Source: Rhina ancylostomus (lineage: Eukaryota). From it: a stretch of DNA of 64,000 nt. The stretch is taken from NCBI GenBank assembly GCA_030265395.1, contig JARFYF010000053.1:36656118-36720117 (forward strand), given 5' to 3'. How positions within the stretch are numbered: the stretch's first letter is position 1; each line of letters begins with the position of its first letter. A program made the position numbers and the translations under genes. Below are positions 1 through 12,800 of the stretch, piece by piece. The notes beneath the pieces were generated by a model, which saw only the letters and a program-made list of their open reading frames with translations, was not told where the DNA came from and did not search any database.

Positions 1-852
1 CAATTGCTTCTCGTGTAGCCAAGGGTCTGGAGAATCAGTAGTGAGCTGACTCGCAGATGAGAGGAAAAGGATTACAGCCAAATAAATAAATGCAGTCACT
101 AATGGTATTTTCTGAGGTTTCTCACAGATTTGATGGGTTAAGAGTCCTCTCTGCATTAAATAAGGAAATTAAATAAACACGAGTAGATCACTTTCCCCAA
201 GCGCAACACTGGGAAAGGACACGGCCCGATTCACATTCTCTTGGACGTTTGTCTGTGAATGTAAACGTTGGAATTGCTTTAGATGCCACTGTCAAAACAG
301 TTAATAATTTCAAATGAAAAGCGGACCAGTTGAGCGAGTCAGCTTCAAGATGCTTAGTTAAAACACTTTGTCAATTCTTCTAGTCCCATGATATTTTATC
401 AGAAATTTGCTCTTCCCGATTTATTCGAATTACACCTAAAGTAAATGATTTTCCTTACATACCCGCCTTGTTTCAATGGTCTCAGGAAATCAATATTTCT
501 TTGCAGTTGTGAATTCGGAATTCATAACTTTAACTAGTATGTGTCTTGGTGTCAGAAGACTCAACCACAAGGTGAGGCCAAGCCGAGCAGCACAAATGGC
601 TTTCAACAGAATTTGCGTAATCATTTTCAGAAGAAATGCGACGATATAAATTGGTATGGAGGAACATGGGGAATTGTTGAAATAATACGCTGTGCGGGCG
701 GGGAGGAGCCCGGGGGTGTACGGGACCTCGGATGATCGTAAAATGCAAGTCGACAAATTTCCTAATGCCAGTTTTAAGAAGTAATGATGAAAAGAACGTA
801 ATCATGTGAAAAGTTAAGCCACATTGGCGGATTCTCTTTGAAATTTTCTTAC

Positions 853-879
853 CTTTTTCGCACTGACGTAGTTTATCTT
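853..879 (-). CDS. 27-nt micro-exon (E)DKLRQCEK
   Basis: tataattattttcag|AAGATAAACTACGTCAGTGCGAAAAAG|gtaaga; paralogous to 43113 and 58029. Confidence 0.85.
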
Positions 880-3800
880 CTGAAAATAATTATAAAACAG
901 TTAATACTAATAGTGACATGTTACCATAACTCATTGTTAATATGTATCATAGAAGCCGGAGTCACAGGATTTAGCCATCTGCTTGAGTTCGATGTCTGTT
1001 GCCCTCGTCAGCCCCCACGATACTGGAAATTACCAGCGCTCCAAAACCATATTGGCCATTACTGGTCTGGCAAGGGTGCATAACAAACAGTTATATGGCA
1101 CCCGATCTCAACAAGCTTATCCATGACGTTCTAACAGAGATAAAGAACACATTTTAAATACTGGAAAATGCAGGCATGTTTTGCAAAAGTGATGAATAAA
1201 ACTACGTAAATATTAAAATATACTGAAAAAAGGTTAAATATCCAACGATTTGAAGTGAGGTAATACAATCAAATAAAAATTAGACATAACAGTTTCAAGT
1301 TAGAATCCNNNNNNNNNNNNNNNNNNNNNNNNNNNNNNNNNNNNNNNNNNNNNNNNNNNNNNNNNNNNNNNNNNNNNGGGGGGTGGGTAGTGTCCGGGTA
1401 AATACAGGAATTGGACGCTCACCAACCGAACACTAGTACTTCAATGTGGAAAACCCTGCATACAATATCAATTATTTCCCAAAATAGCGGAAGATTATCA
1501 GTGAACAAAGAGTAGATATGAAACTGCAGATTTTCTAATGATCTTAAATTCTTCATGATCCTGATTAAATGCAATTCTCCTTCAAAATGACAAGTGTGAG
1601 GTCAATACTCAGATGAGTTGGGTTGCGGAAGTCCAGTGCTTGCTGTTGATTACTCACCAACATAGCAATTTGCTTTTGTCCTCACGGAATCCAGTGAGGT
1701 ATCAAGCATTAGAAATAATTCCTCAGCACGTCCTTTGGGGAAGCTTTCTATTCGCATGTGACGCATATTTCTTCATGTATTTCTAAGGAGGCTTTGAAAC
1801 CTATCAGGAATATTCACCCCTCTCCCCACGTCTCTGGATATGTTCTGTCATCTCGAAGGAGGAAGTAGACCATATGTTCAGGAATCTGACTTAGGGTGTG
1901 GAAAGGAATTGGCTTGTCCATTGGAGAAGTTTGAACGCTCTTGTGTCCTGGATGTTGGATTATTGAACAAGGAGAGGGTGCTAACTTTACCAAGAGTGAG
2001 ATCTTTAGTGGGGCTTAGTTATCCAGCCACTTTCAGTTGTTTTGNNNNNNNNNNNNNNNNNNNNNNNNNNNNNNNNNNNNNNNNNNNNNNNNNNNNNNNN
2101 NNNNNNNNNNNNNNNNNNNNNNNNNNNNNNNNNNNNNNNNNNNNCAATTCAGTTAATTGGCCTATGGAGATAAGCGGAATCTATGAATGCCGAGTCAGTG
2201 GGGAGTATTGGTGAAACCAATAAGTAACCAACATCTTAGCTAAACCCTTGGAGCGGCACGACTTTACAATTGTGGAAAAAAATCATGATTGGTCACCGCA
2301 AGTCTATATTAACTGATGTTTAATATTATTTTCATGTCACGTTTAAGAACTATGAGGCATTTACCAACATATTCACAGATAGATGATACGGAATTATTCC
2401 CATGTCGAATTTCACGTGATTTCAGAATATGTTTCATAGGATTAAATGAAGTGTGAATGTTAAAAAAATCATTTTAACCCCCTCCAGTATAGAATCTGTA
2501 ACACAATACTGGTCCATAATGGGGCTTAATAAAAAAAAAGTACTGGACACATTTCCGCAAGAATCTACTCTGAAAGTGAAGGCTCAGGACCTATTTTTCT
2601 ACCCGACACATTTTCCCCATTAAACTGATCTGACATGTTTTTCTAAAAATATGTATTTTTATACGATAAAGCAGCTGCGTTTTATCACATACATGCATCC
2701 GATATCATTAAAGACATGATCATGTTGGACTCAACCAATCCGCCTTATTTGCGCCCAACACACTGGGTGGGCGGCCGAATGGCTCAGCAGATCATGTTGC
2801 TGCCACAGATCTCCACGGATCCGAGTATGAGCTTGAACTCAGGTGCTGACAATGTTTAATTTGTGCAGTTTTCTTATGCTTGGATTTCCCCTGTGTTCTC
2901 CCGCTTCCCGACACCTCCTAATGAAAAGTATTGGGAAGTTACTTGACTGTATAAATTGCCTCAGTGTTGGTCTGCGGCAGGAGAAACGGAGAAATAAGTG
3001 AACGACTAGCACTGGTGTGAATTCTCTGAAGCCCTATCGAATCGATGGACTGAACGGCTGCCGTCTGTGCCTTGAGTAAATCTTGCAAATAATATGAGAA
3101 ACACTGTTGACGATATATTGAATATTTGTTGTGTGCATCTCCAAGGGAACTCCAATTTGCACTGACGAAGGCATGCGACAATGTGGAGCATTCAGTTCAC
3201 TTCTGTTAAGCCACGGACTACTGCATCGGTGAACTGCCCTCATTGGCATCTCATATCGAGCTGTTTCTAGCACTCTGCAGTTTCGATACAATTAAAATTT
3301 GAGACAGTAAAAAGCTCAGTAAATTCATTCCAGTTTGTTAACCGAATATTCGACAACAAAAGTGTAAGTTCAGTATTTTTAAATAATCACATAAAATTTT
3401 TCTTCAATTGATAACTCGCTTTTAGTTATTTAATAAAACATCAACGCAAACCATTGGGACGGTCGTATTAATGTTAATGTCCGATCCCATCCACTGGAGC
3501 CAATTGATTTGTACCACCCTCTCCCAATTCCTGTTGTGTATTCTCACCACATGCATACATGTTAAACCCCTTTCTTCTGTCACTGACCCATGCTAGGTAG
3601 TAATTTATAGTCCACAATTAATTCTCCAGTATAGTTTTGAGATGCACTTGAAAACGGGAGCAGCCGGCAGAAAGGCACATGGGAAAGTGTGCAAGCTACA
3701 CACAGAACAACAAGAGGTTCAATTCGAGCACTGGTCCCTGGAACTGCGAGGCGCCGTTCCACATGATGGAACGGCGCTTGATATGCCAAGCATGACGAAT

Positions 3801-6800
3801 GCTTATCCGAGAGGTCTGGATTTTACCAGAACTTTCCGGTTGGAATGATTTCAATGAAGTCTTTACTCAGTGCCGAATTTCAGTAGCAGATCAGCAGCAT
3901 AGCTGTGCCTACCAACGTGCAATATACAGGGGATGAAATTCTTGGAACACATCATTCAGAGCAAGGAGAAAAAGGTTAGTGTGTTTCATACTATTGGCTT
4001 TAGTAGAACATACTTTCACTTTGCTCATCAATCAAGCAATCGAATCCGTTGAAAGGAATGGATCACGTAATACATGCCTACCGTGGCTGGAGAAAAGCTT
4101 ATGGGGCTTTTGAAAAGTTTATTCAGTCCTCTCCCTCCCTATATCTGTGCCGCACCAATGGACTCTGTGTTCGTATCGAGAAGCTCAGAGGTCAGTTATA
4201 CTGTTATTTATATGACATGTCGATTTCACAAAATGAATTGTGTTGGGGCAGCATTCGTTGACTCTCTTGACTCTCTGAAGTAATCCCCAGAGGAAGGAAT
4301 TATTCTTCTGCCATTAAAAACGCAGAGTAACAGTGGTATTTTCATTGATTGCCAAGATCGGAATAACTTGCCTTTGAGTTGCTAAAGGTACACGGGGAGA
4401 TCGATGCAAAATTCGAAAAGTTGAAAGTCGTATGAAAATGAGACCGTAGCGAGTATTTGAGGGAGACCAGAGGTACTGCTGCCAATAAGGTTCAAGATGT
4501 GACACTTATGCAGATTTTGACATAACCTACTTAAGAAATGAATGGCACAGTGGACAGTAGAACAAGAACAGACAGTTTTCAGTCAATTTTCTTTCACAAA
4601 TCCTAGAACAATTCTTTGTATGCCATACCAATTTAAAGTCTTTTTCCTCCCCCAATATCTCACCTGCACTTTTGTTTGCTAGTTCTGGGGAAAGAAATAC
4701 AAGATACGTCTGCGATGAATATATTGCTGAAAAATTCCGGAATTCCCAGATTGCACTGCTATTATGCTATCATACTTGGTAGACAATCATTTGATCCAGC
4801 CTCTCCCGACAATCATAATCATTATCCATTTTCTGCAGTAGTTTTATGTCATTGTCAAGCTTTAATACTGCAAGTGAATATGAGAGAAACCCACAGATGC
4901 CGGATTCTTAAATTTTCATCACCAGAAAGGCAGCATTTTCTCATGTAGCCTTTGTTGTGAATATTTATTGTTTTGCAGTGAACTATTGTCATTGTCATAT
5001 TTGGTTATGAAGGCTCTGGATTGTAGATACATCATCTGAATTGAATGACATGTCGGTTCTACGTAGCTTTTCTAAAGGATTCAGTGCAGCCACTTCTTCA
5101 GTTGACTCTACTAACTGTGAAGAATAATCAGCGTTGTTACGGTACAAAATAAAACCATTTGTTTTATCCAGTCTATGATGTTTCCAAATAGAATAATTAT
5201 GTGGCGTCGATTTCCCCTGCTCTTTGCGTTATAAATGCGCATGGAAATAATCAAGTTAATGTTCCCTTTGAAAGGATTTCAGTTTTTATTTTTGTACGAC
5301 ATATCAGAATTAAATTTATTTCGCAGCAGCCATCAGATGAAAATGTTCACGGAAGTGCAGTAGGCGTGATCATAGCAGCACTGGGAATGCCTGACGTTGA
5401 AAATGCGGCAAATTTCAGTTAAGTTTAGGAAGTTATTTTATTCTAGTTTAATAGTTATACCCAATTACTTCTGAATTCGCATCCAATTATATGTGTAGCT
5501 TCCAGATCAGGCTGCAGTTGAGGTAGTAATCCATTAGTTTCGGGTGGACGGAGCAGAGTTATGCAACTGAGAACCTAGTTACTTCCGGATATCAGCGAGG
5601 TGAAATCAAGTGACTCAGCTATGGATAGTTAGAACTGAAGCCCCTAAATCGCAGTGTGGTATGGACACATTCCTATTTCAAGTTCAGTGTCCGTAGGGTG
5701 GGAGCGTAGCTGAGTAAGTGAACTTCAGCGAGAGAGGGACAACCGTGAGTAATGATTGTGGGGAGAATATTGACCAGCATTTAAAAAGATGGCAAACGAA
5801 GGGGAAGAAAGGGAGCGACAAATTCATACGTCTGGGAAGAACAGAGAATATTGAAAAACTTACATAAATAAAAATGAAAAATCCTGGAAACTTTTTGTAT
5901 TATATCTATTATCTATGCAAAGAGAAACCGAAATAAGGTTTCAGGGGAACGAAACATAATGCTTCCGATCAATAAAGTGAACTGTATCACAGTAAGTAAG
6001 AAGATAAATAAACATGCAAGGAAGGAAGTATCTGAAATGAAGCAGCGCACGAAACGCTGAAAGAATTTAGCAGGTCCGACAAAATCTGTAGCGGGAAATG
6101 GATACTCGACTTTTGGGGTCGAGGCCCTTCATCTGGACGGACGATAGAGGGGATATAGCCAGTAGAAAAAGGTGGACGGAAGGAGATATGCATGAGCTGG
6201 CAGGCGATGGATGCAACCAAGTGGATGATGGGCAGATGGAACAAGGAGGAGAAAGGGGGTGGGGGGGGTAGAGTGAAGGTGGAGTCAGCGGCTGGAAGGT
6301 GATAAGTGGAGACGACAAAGGGCTACAGATTCTGGAATCTGAAAAGTAAGGAAGGTGATGTGGAATCGGGTAAGGAAGAGATGATGAGCAGATGGAACCA
6401 GTGGGGGAGGAAAAGAAACANNNNNNNNNNTAGTCATATGTGGTTCGTGGAGGGTGTCAATAGCGCTAGAAACATGCAGGTGATAGGTGTAAGTGGCAAA
6501 GGGCTGCTGATAATGGAGTCTGATAGGAGAAAAATGCAGAGCATGGAATAAAGGGATGGAGGTGGGGAGACATGAGGGGACCAGTGGGTGAGGGGTGCCA
6601 ATGGGAGGGGATGTGGGTGATGGCCAGTTGGAGAGTGAGGGGGAAGGGAAATGAGACATGGTGATGGGGGCCGTCAATCAGGAGGTGAGTAAAAAACGGG
6701 ACAGAGGCGGAGCAGTTTCAAGACGTTGGACAATTCAATGTTATTGCCCCCAGGCTGTAGGTCACCCAAGCGTAACATGAGGTGCTCTTCATCAACTTTG

Positions 6801-9800
6801 CAATTACCTTCATCTTAGCAGTAGATGAGGCCGAGTTCAGATATGTCGGTATGGGAATTGGGAGGAGAATTAAAATAGCTGGTAACCCGGAGATCCAAAA
6901 GTGAGCAGTGGACAGAGCAAAGGTACTCAGACAAGCGATCCCGTATTCTGCTTCTGGTATCACCGATGAGAAGAGGCCACAATTTGAGCACCAGATGCAA
7001 TAAATGACGACGCGGGATTTGCATGTGAAAAACTGCCTCACCTGGAAGGTCTGTTAAGGATCATGGATGGTGGTGATTTAGCAGGTGCAGAGACGGGTGC
7101 TACACATTTTACAGTTACAGGGCAGAGTGTCTGAGGTCGTATGATCGAATACACTTCAACAAACCTATTTTGTAAAAACTAACACAATCCAAGTATTTTC
7201 ATTTTAAATTGACAACTGATGTTTTCCATTCCTGAACACATTTTAGAAGACGCTTACTGGTATCAGAAAACGAAAACCAAAGGTACAAAAAGTGGAAATT
7301 AGAAATGACGTCCAAATTGCTTCAAACCCATAAAATTCGTACAATTTCTACGAAGAGAGAACCAGCTCGCCAGGTAAACAACCTTTCATCACACAATTGG
7401 AAACAGTACAAGTACTTCGGCACTATCAGCAAATATTTCCTGACTGCTAAATTCTACTTAGAGCTTCTGTAATTTTGATCTCTACTTCTCTTAAAACCTG
7501 ATTTATAGAGTATCCATGACCAACGACTTATATAATTTGAAGAATGATAAAACCACCAACAGTCCCTGTTTTGAGAAGTGTGTCCTAGCCATTATCTACC
7601 TTAACGTCTACGCCTGATTCCTTCCGCTCATTTGAGGAGACAGTTGCGTCTAAAATCATTTTGGATCGTGCTGGTATACTTTGCATCTACACATTAGAAA
7701 TTTCTTCATTTCCTCGTCATTCCAACTTTTACGACGGTTACTTCTTGGTTCTGAGAATCGGAAAAGATAACATCTTTAACTTCACAGTTGGCTCTGCTGT
7801 AGCATTATCATTTGTATTCCGTAGGGAAATTACTATTATCCGATGAAAGTTAACTTGCCGCCTTTGAAATTCCATTTTGACTTTCCCCTTAATGATCGCT
7901 TTCTTCTTTATATTTCGGTACGTTAATTACTGCTATATAAGCAATTTGGTATGTTTGGTTCAACTCAGTCAGTCCTAGNNNNNNNNNNNNNNNNNNNNNN
8001 NNNNNNNNNNNNNNNNNNNNNNNNNNNNNNNNNNNNNNNNNNNNNNNNNNNNNNNNNNNNNNNNNNNNNNNNNNNNNNNNNNNNNNNNNNNNNNNNNNNN
8101 NNNNNNNNNNNNNNNNNNNNNNNNNNNNNNNNNNNNNNNNNNNNNNNNNNNNNNNNNNNNNNNNNNNNNNNNNNNNNNNNNNNNNNNNNNNNNNNNNNNN
8201 NNNNNNNNNNNNNNNNNNNNNNNTTTCCTACCATCGAAGTATCCTGGGATACTTTTATGAACTCCACTTTAGTTATTATAACTGCATCATAACCCCGCAT
8301 AGTAACTTGTCTTCGCAGCCAGCAACCTTATTCACCGCACACTTTGCATTTGCAAACACGCATTTTCAAAATGTTGTTTGCATCTGATGCATATAATATG
8401 TGCATCTCTATTGTCCTACTTCCTTCGTTTTTCATCTATGAGCAGTAATCGCCTTTTCTTTCAAATTATGTTGGTGTCCCAGTATCTGCTTCTGCTATTC
8501 ATAATAATATCAATGATTTGGCTGAAGAGATAGGAGGCTGCATGTCAGATTTTGTCGGTTATACTGAAGTAGATTGGATAGCTGAGTGTGAGAAAATTTG
8601 AAGACAACAGCTTAAATGGGGAGAAGATACATGGTGCATGGGGTACTCAGTCGATGGTTTTGAACCTATCCATCTCAGTGGACAATGAGACCTGAAAGTT
8701 TTTGTGCACGATTCACTGTAAACAATGTAGATGTAATAAATAATGTATCTGGGTAGTTGTTCTTGACGGCAAGATGAGTTCGGGAGAAATCGCTGATTTC
8801 CATAACATACACNNNNNNNNNNNNNNNNNNNNNNNNNNNNNNNNNNNNNNNNNNNNNNNNNNNNNNNNNNNNNNNNNNNNNNNNNNNNNNNNNNNNNNNN
8901 NNNNNNNNNNNNATACACAATCTTGGTGACACTGCATATGGACACGAGGCAACGTTTCAGAAGACTGATTGCTGGGGTAACGGGATAACATGACCTGATT
9001 GTTATTGTGTTCCTCAGAATTGGAAGAATTATACATGTTCTAATTCAAACTTAAAACATTCTGTAAACTCCAGACAGCCTGTATGAAGAGCGGATGTTTC
9101 TCCCAGCTCGGGTTATCTGCAACGAGGACGATGTAACTGGACAAGCGATTTGGAGTGACCGTGCAGTGCCTGGTAACAGAGAAGATAACGGTTTTCATAC
9201 AACTTCACATCTTGATCACATTTCTTGATGCAAAATGAATCATGCGTAAGGGCAGAGATTGTATACTACTTATGTTGCCTGCATTTTGTTATCGTGTCTA
9301 CTACATAATCATTGAGCAAGTTTGGCCGGTTGAGTTCTCCCAGCAGTTTAATTTTTGTTCTGGATTCCATTATCTGCGGATCGAATTACTGCACATAGTG
9401 GTGCGATTCTAATCAAATTCACAACATTGTGGAAACGTTCCGTGTAAACTCGGAGAAGTCAATATACTTCGTCACTTGCCCACATAAAATGACTTCTGGA
9501 TGGAAAATATTAAAACCGAATACTATGCAGGTATGTGACCACCAAATTCTCGGCTAGTTGAAACCTAAGACCATGACAGTTACCGGATCTGTTTCCTTTT
9601 ATTCAAAACCATTCAATTCTCTTTTCGTAATCGCCCTTCATTTGTAACGTGAAAAAAAAAACATGGAAATGATTACCTTCCATTTTTTGGTTGGCTCTCA
9701 ACATCTGTATTTCTGAAATACATATTTAAATTAATTTCTGTTCATTTACCTCTGGAGATAATTAATGCAATTTCCATTCGTTTTCTTTCATTTAAAACAA

Positions 9801-12800
9801 CGTTCCGTGCTAAATTATTCTTATCTCCTTGCAGTTCGATAAGCCATACAGTGTAGACACTTCCACAGCCAAACTTCCAGATGATTGTGAGGGCCCTCTC
9901 AGAAGCGACAACGGCCTGTGTTTGTCCATCACGTTATCTCCAGAGGAAAGGGGAATATCGAATTATTTTGTAGCGGATATATAAACATGTTCTTACTGAA
10001 ATTGGCTGAAACTCAGTTACAGATCCAAACAGACATGGATCCTTTGCAAAGTTGAAGAAAACAGTGCCCTTAAGAGAAGTTCAGCAAGTATTTTGCTCTT
10101 CTATTTTGAATATGTATTTCTTTTCTGATCAGAATGATGATCCCGCTATTTAGAATGTATTAAGGTTATAATCAGAACTGTTGCTCTGAACTTCGGTGAA
10201 TTATTTGGTGTGGAATGAAGATATTGTTATGTTACAAATGGCCACATGAATTATTGCCAATTGTAATTTTCACCATGTGGTCAATAAGACCAAGAATCAA
10301 CGAAATGGTAATTAAAAATATTTGTTACCATCTCTTTGAGAATGACCATAAAAATAATGGACACAGTAATAATTGGCCATTCATTTTCCTGGTGCCTATG
10401 GTGCGCAAGTAAACGCTGTATACAGCTTGGTAGTCACTGTAATAATAAATATCTCATTACAGCTATGATTGTATAACTAACTGCTATGAAACAAATGACC
10501 CGGTTATTAAACTACTTCTGTAAGTATGGCAGCAGGGCGATAATATTCGAATGGGGAACAGTAAACAAAGCAGTGGTTCATCCAATATAATCACGAGAAG
10601 ATAAAATGCTCACTCTATCATTGAATTGGATATACAACATTTCCGACAACGCAAGACTCTATCATTGGTCCGGGAGAAATTTTTTTCTAAATTTAGAATT
10701 CATGCAGATCGTTGGCTCCTGTCACACTTGGTACTTCGTAAATTATAAGCCACCATGAGGTGGAAATGTCACTAATTGCCGAATCAGATTCACACAAAAA
10801 AACTGTATCAAATAGTATTGTGTCGATTTTTAGAAAAGCATGCATTAAGGACACTAGTGATGATTTAAACAGGGAAATGTTGGAAAATATAACACCTCGT
10901 GAAAAAAAAACTGTTTAAGCAAGGGTAAAGGTGCAGTACTATATATAGAGGAACATAAGTGTAATATTGTTGTTAACAGTTAAATAAATAGAAATATAAT
11001 CAATCAAGCACTTCGCTCTCCATGTTAACCAATTACTCCAAACATACATTTATATTGACGGGTCGATGAGAGAGCATATATGTTGATTATTGCTGCCTTG
11101 GGCTAGTTATGTCCGCGTTGATGCCTGTACATGAATACAGAAGATAATGTATACAATTCTATTACATATTCCACTTGGGGACCAGAGTCCAGATTCCGAC
11201 ATGCCATCTTGCATTCTCCAGGTGGAGAACAGATGACTGTTCCAGTCGAGGCGAGTTTTCTCTTCAAGTGACTGTTGAATAGAATACTATCACCTGGGAA
11301 ATAGGGTGTTCCATCATTCAATTTCCCCCGGTATAATAAAATATGTTAGGATTAGATGTTTACCTTTATCCTTTTCAATCAATGACCTCGCTGAAAATAG
11401 CCAGACAACAAAAGGAAATAAAAATAGTGTAATTGGCAATGTATTTTGTGTCATCGTCCTTATTCAGATCATGGCTCAGCCCAGAAATTAATTTCACTGT
11501 CATTATCCCACGGCAAAATAGAAAGGAAGTGAATGAGATATTATTAACTATTGGTTATTTTAAACTGTACAAATAAGGATACCTCGGCAATATGAGTAAC
11601 TGTACTGCATTATGCCTTTGTGTCTGCACCAGTGTTTGACAAGATCATGGCTCACCATCCCCCTCTTCACTGTTCCTTCGAAAATTTCTTAATCCCTTTG
11701 ATTTAAAAAAAACTCCAGCTAACTGCATGTTAAGTGAGTTGGCGTCTGCAGCCTTACAGACTTTCAGATATCCATTATTCCTTTGTGAGGAATTTTCTCA
11801 ACCTCTGCATTTTAAATGGCACGCCGCGTAAACTGAAGCAGTGCAACCCAGTTATGATCCTTCAACTAATGTGAACATTCTCGCAGTTCTGGTCTGCAGA
11901 ATTAGAAATTTTAGAGATTTCCCTGAAATTTCTTATTCTTCTAAACTCCTGTGAACATAGGACTTGCCAATCCAATATTTCTTATGCATCCAACCAGACA
12001 TCCCAGAAACCAGACCAGTAAACATTTGTTACACTTGGTCCATAGCTGGAATACACTTCCACATGCAAAGAGGCTAAATATGCAGACAAAACTCCAAGGC
12101 GGATCTGAGCAAGGTCCCATGCAACTGCAGAAAGGTAACGTTGGTCTTTTACTCAAAGTTCCAATCAATGCATGACAACACATCAAGTATATTCCCAACT
12201 GCTTACTGCACTTGAGTGTGTGTTTTCAGTGACTTGTGATCAAGGACATCCAGATTACTTTGCACCTTCCTTTTCCCCAATCCACCATCACTCATTTTAT
12301 AACTTGCTCTGTACTTTTTGAAAAAAACCCACTAAATTCCTATTTATTCCGCTTAAGCCTTATCTGTCATGTAGTTTCCTACCAGCCCAAATTTGTGAAA
12401 TCACATTGGAGCCCATTTGTATCCTCTTCACAAGGAAAAGAAATTTAATTGGCAAGTAGTCAAGGCCATGACTTCCTAAAGTCTATTTTCTGCCATGCTA
12501 AGATAAGCGAGACTTCAGCTACACTGCCCCAGCTCCCCCAGTGTGGTATCGCGTGCGATCTTCAAGACTAAGTTTATTTCCCTCATTATCATTAATATCC
12601 ATTGTGATCAGCTGTAGTCAGAACACCGATCTATCCAGTACCCACTATATATTGCCTGCTATCCCGAACAACGCACGCTTATTCTCACAAAAAAATGAAA
12701 AATACGCTTGAAAAAAATCAGCAGCATACGCTGCAAATAATCTCCAAGATATGTCGTAGAATCGAGAAATAATAAAGAAGGCACCGAAGAAAATCACTGA

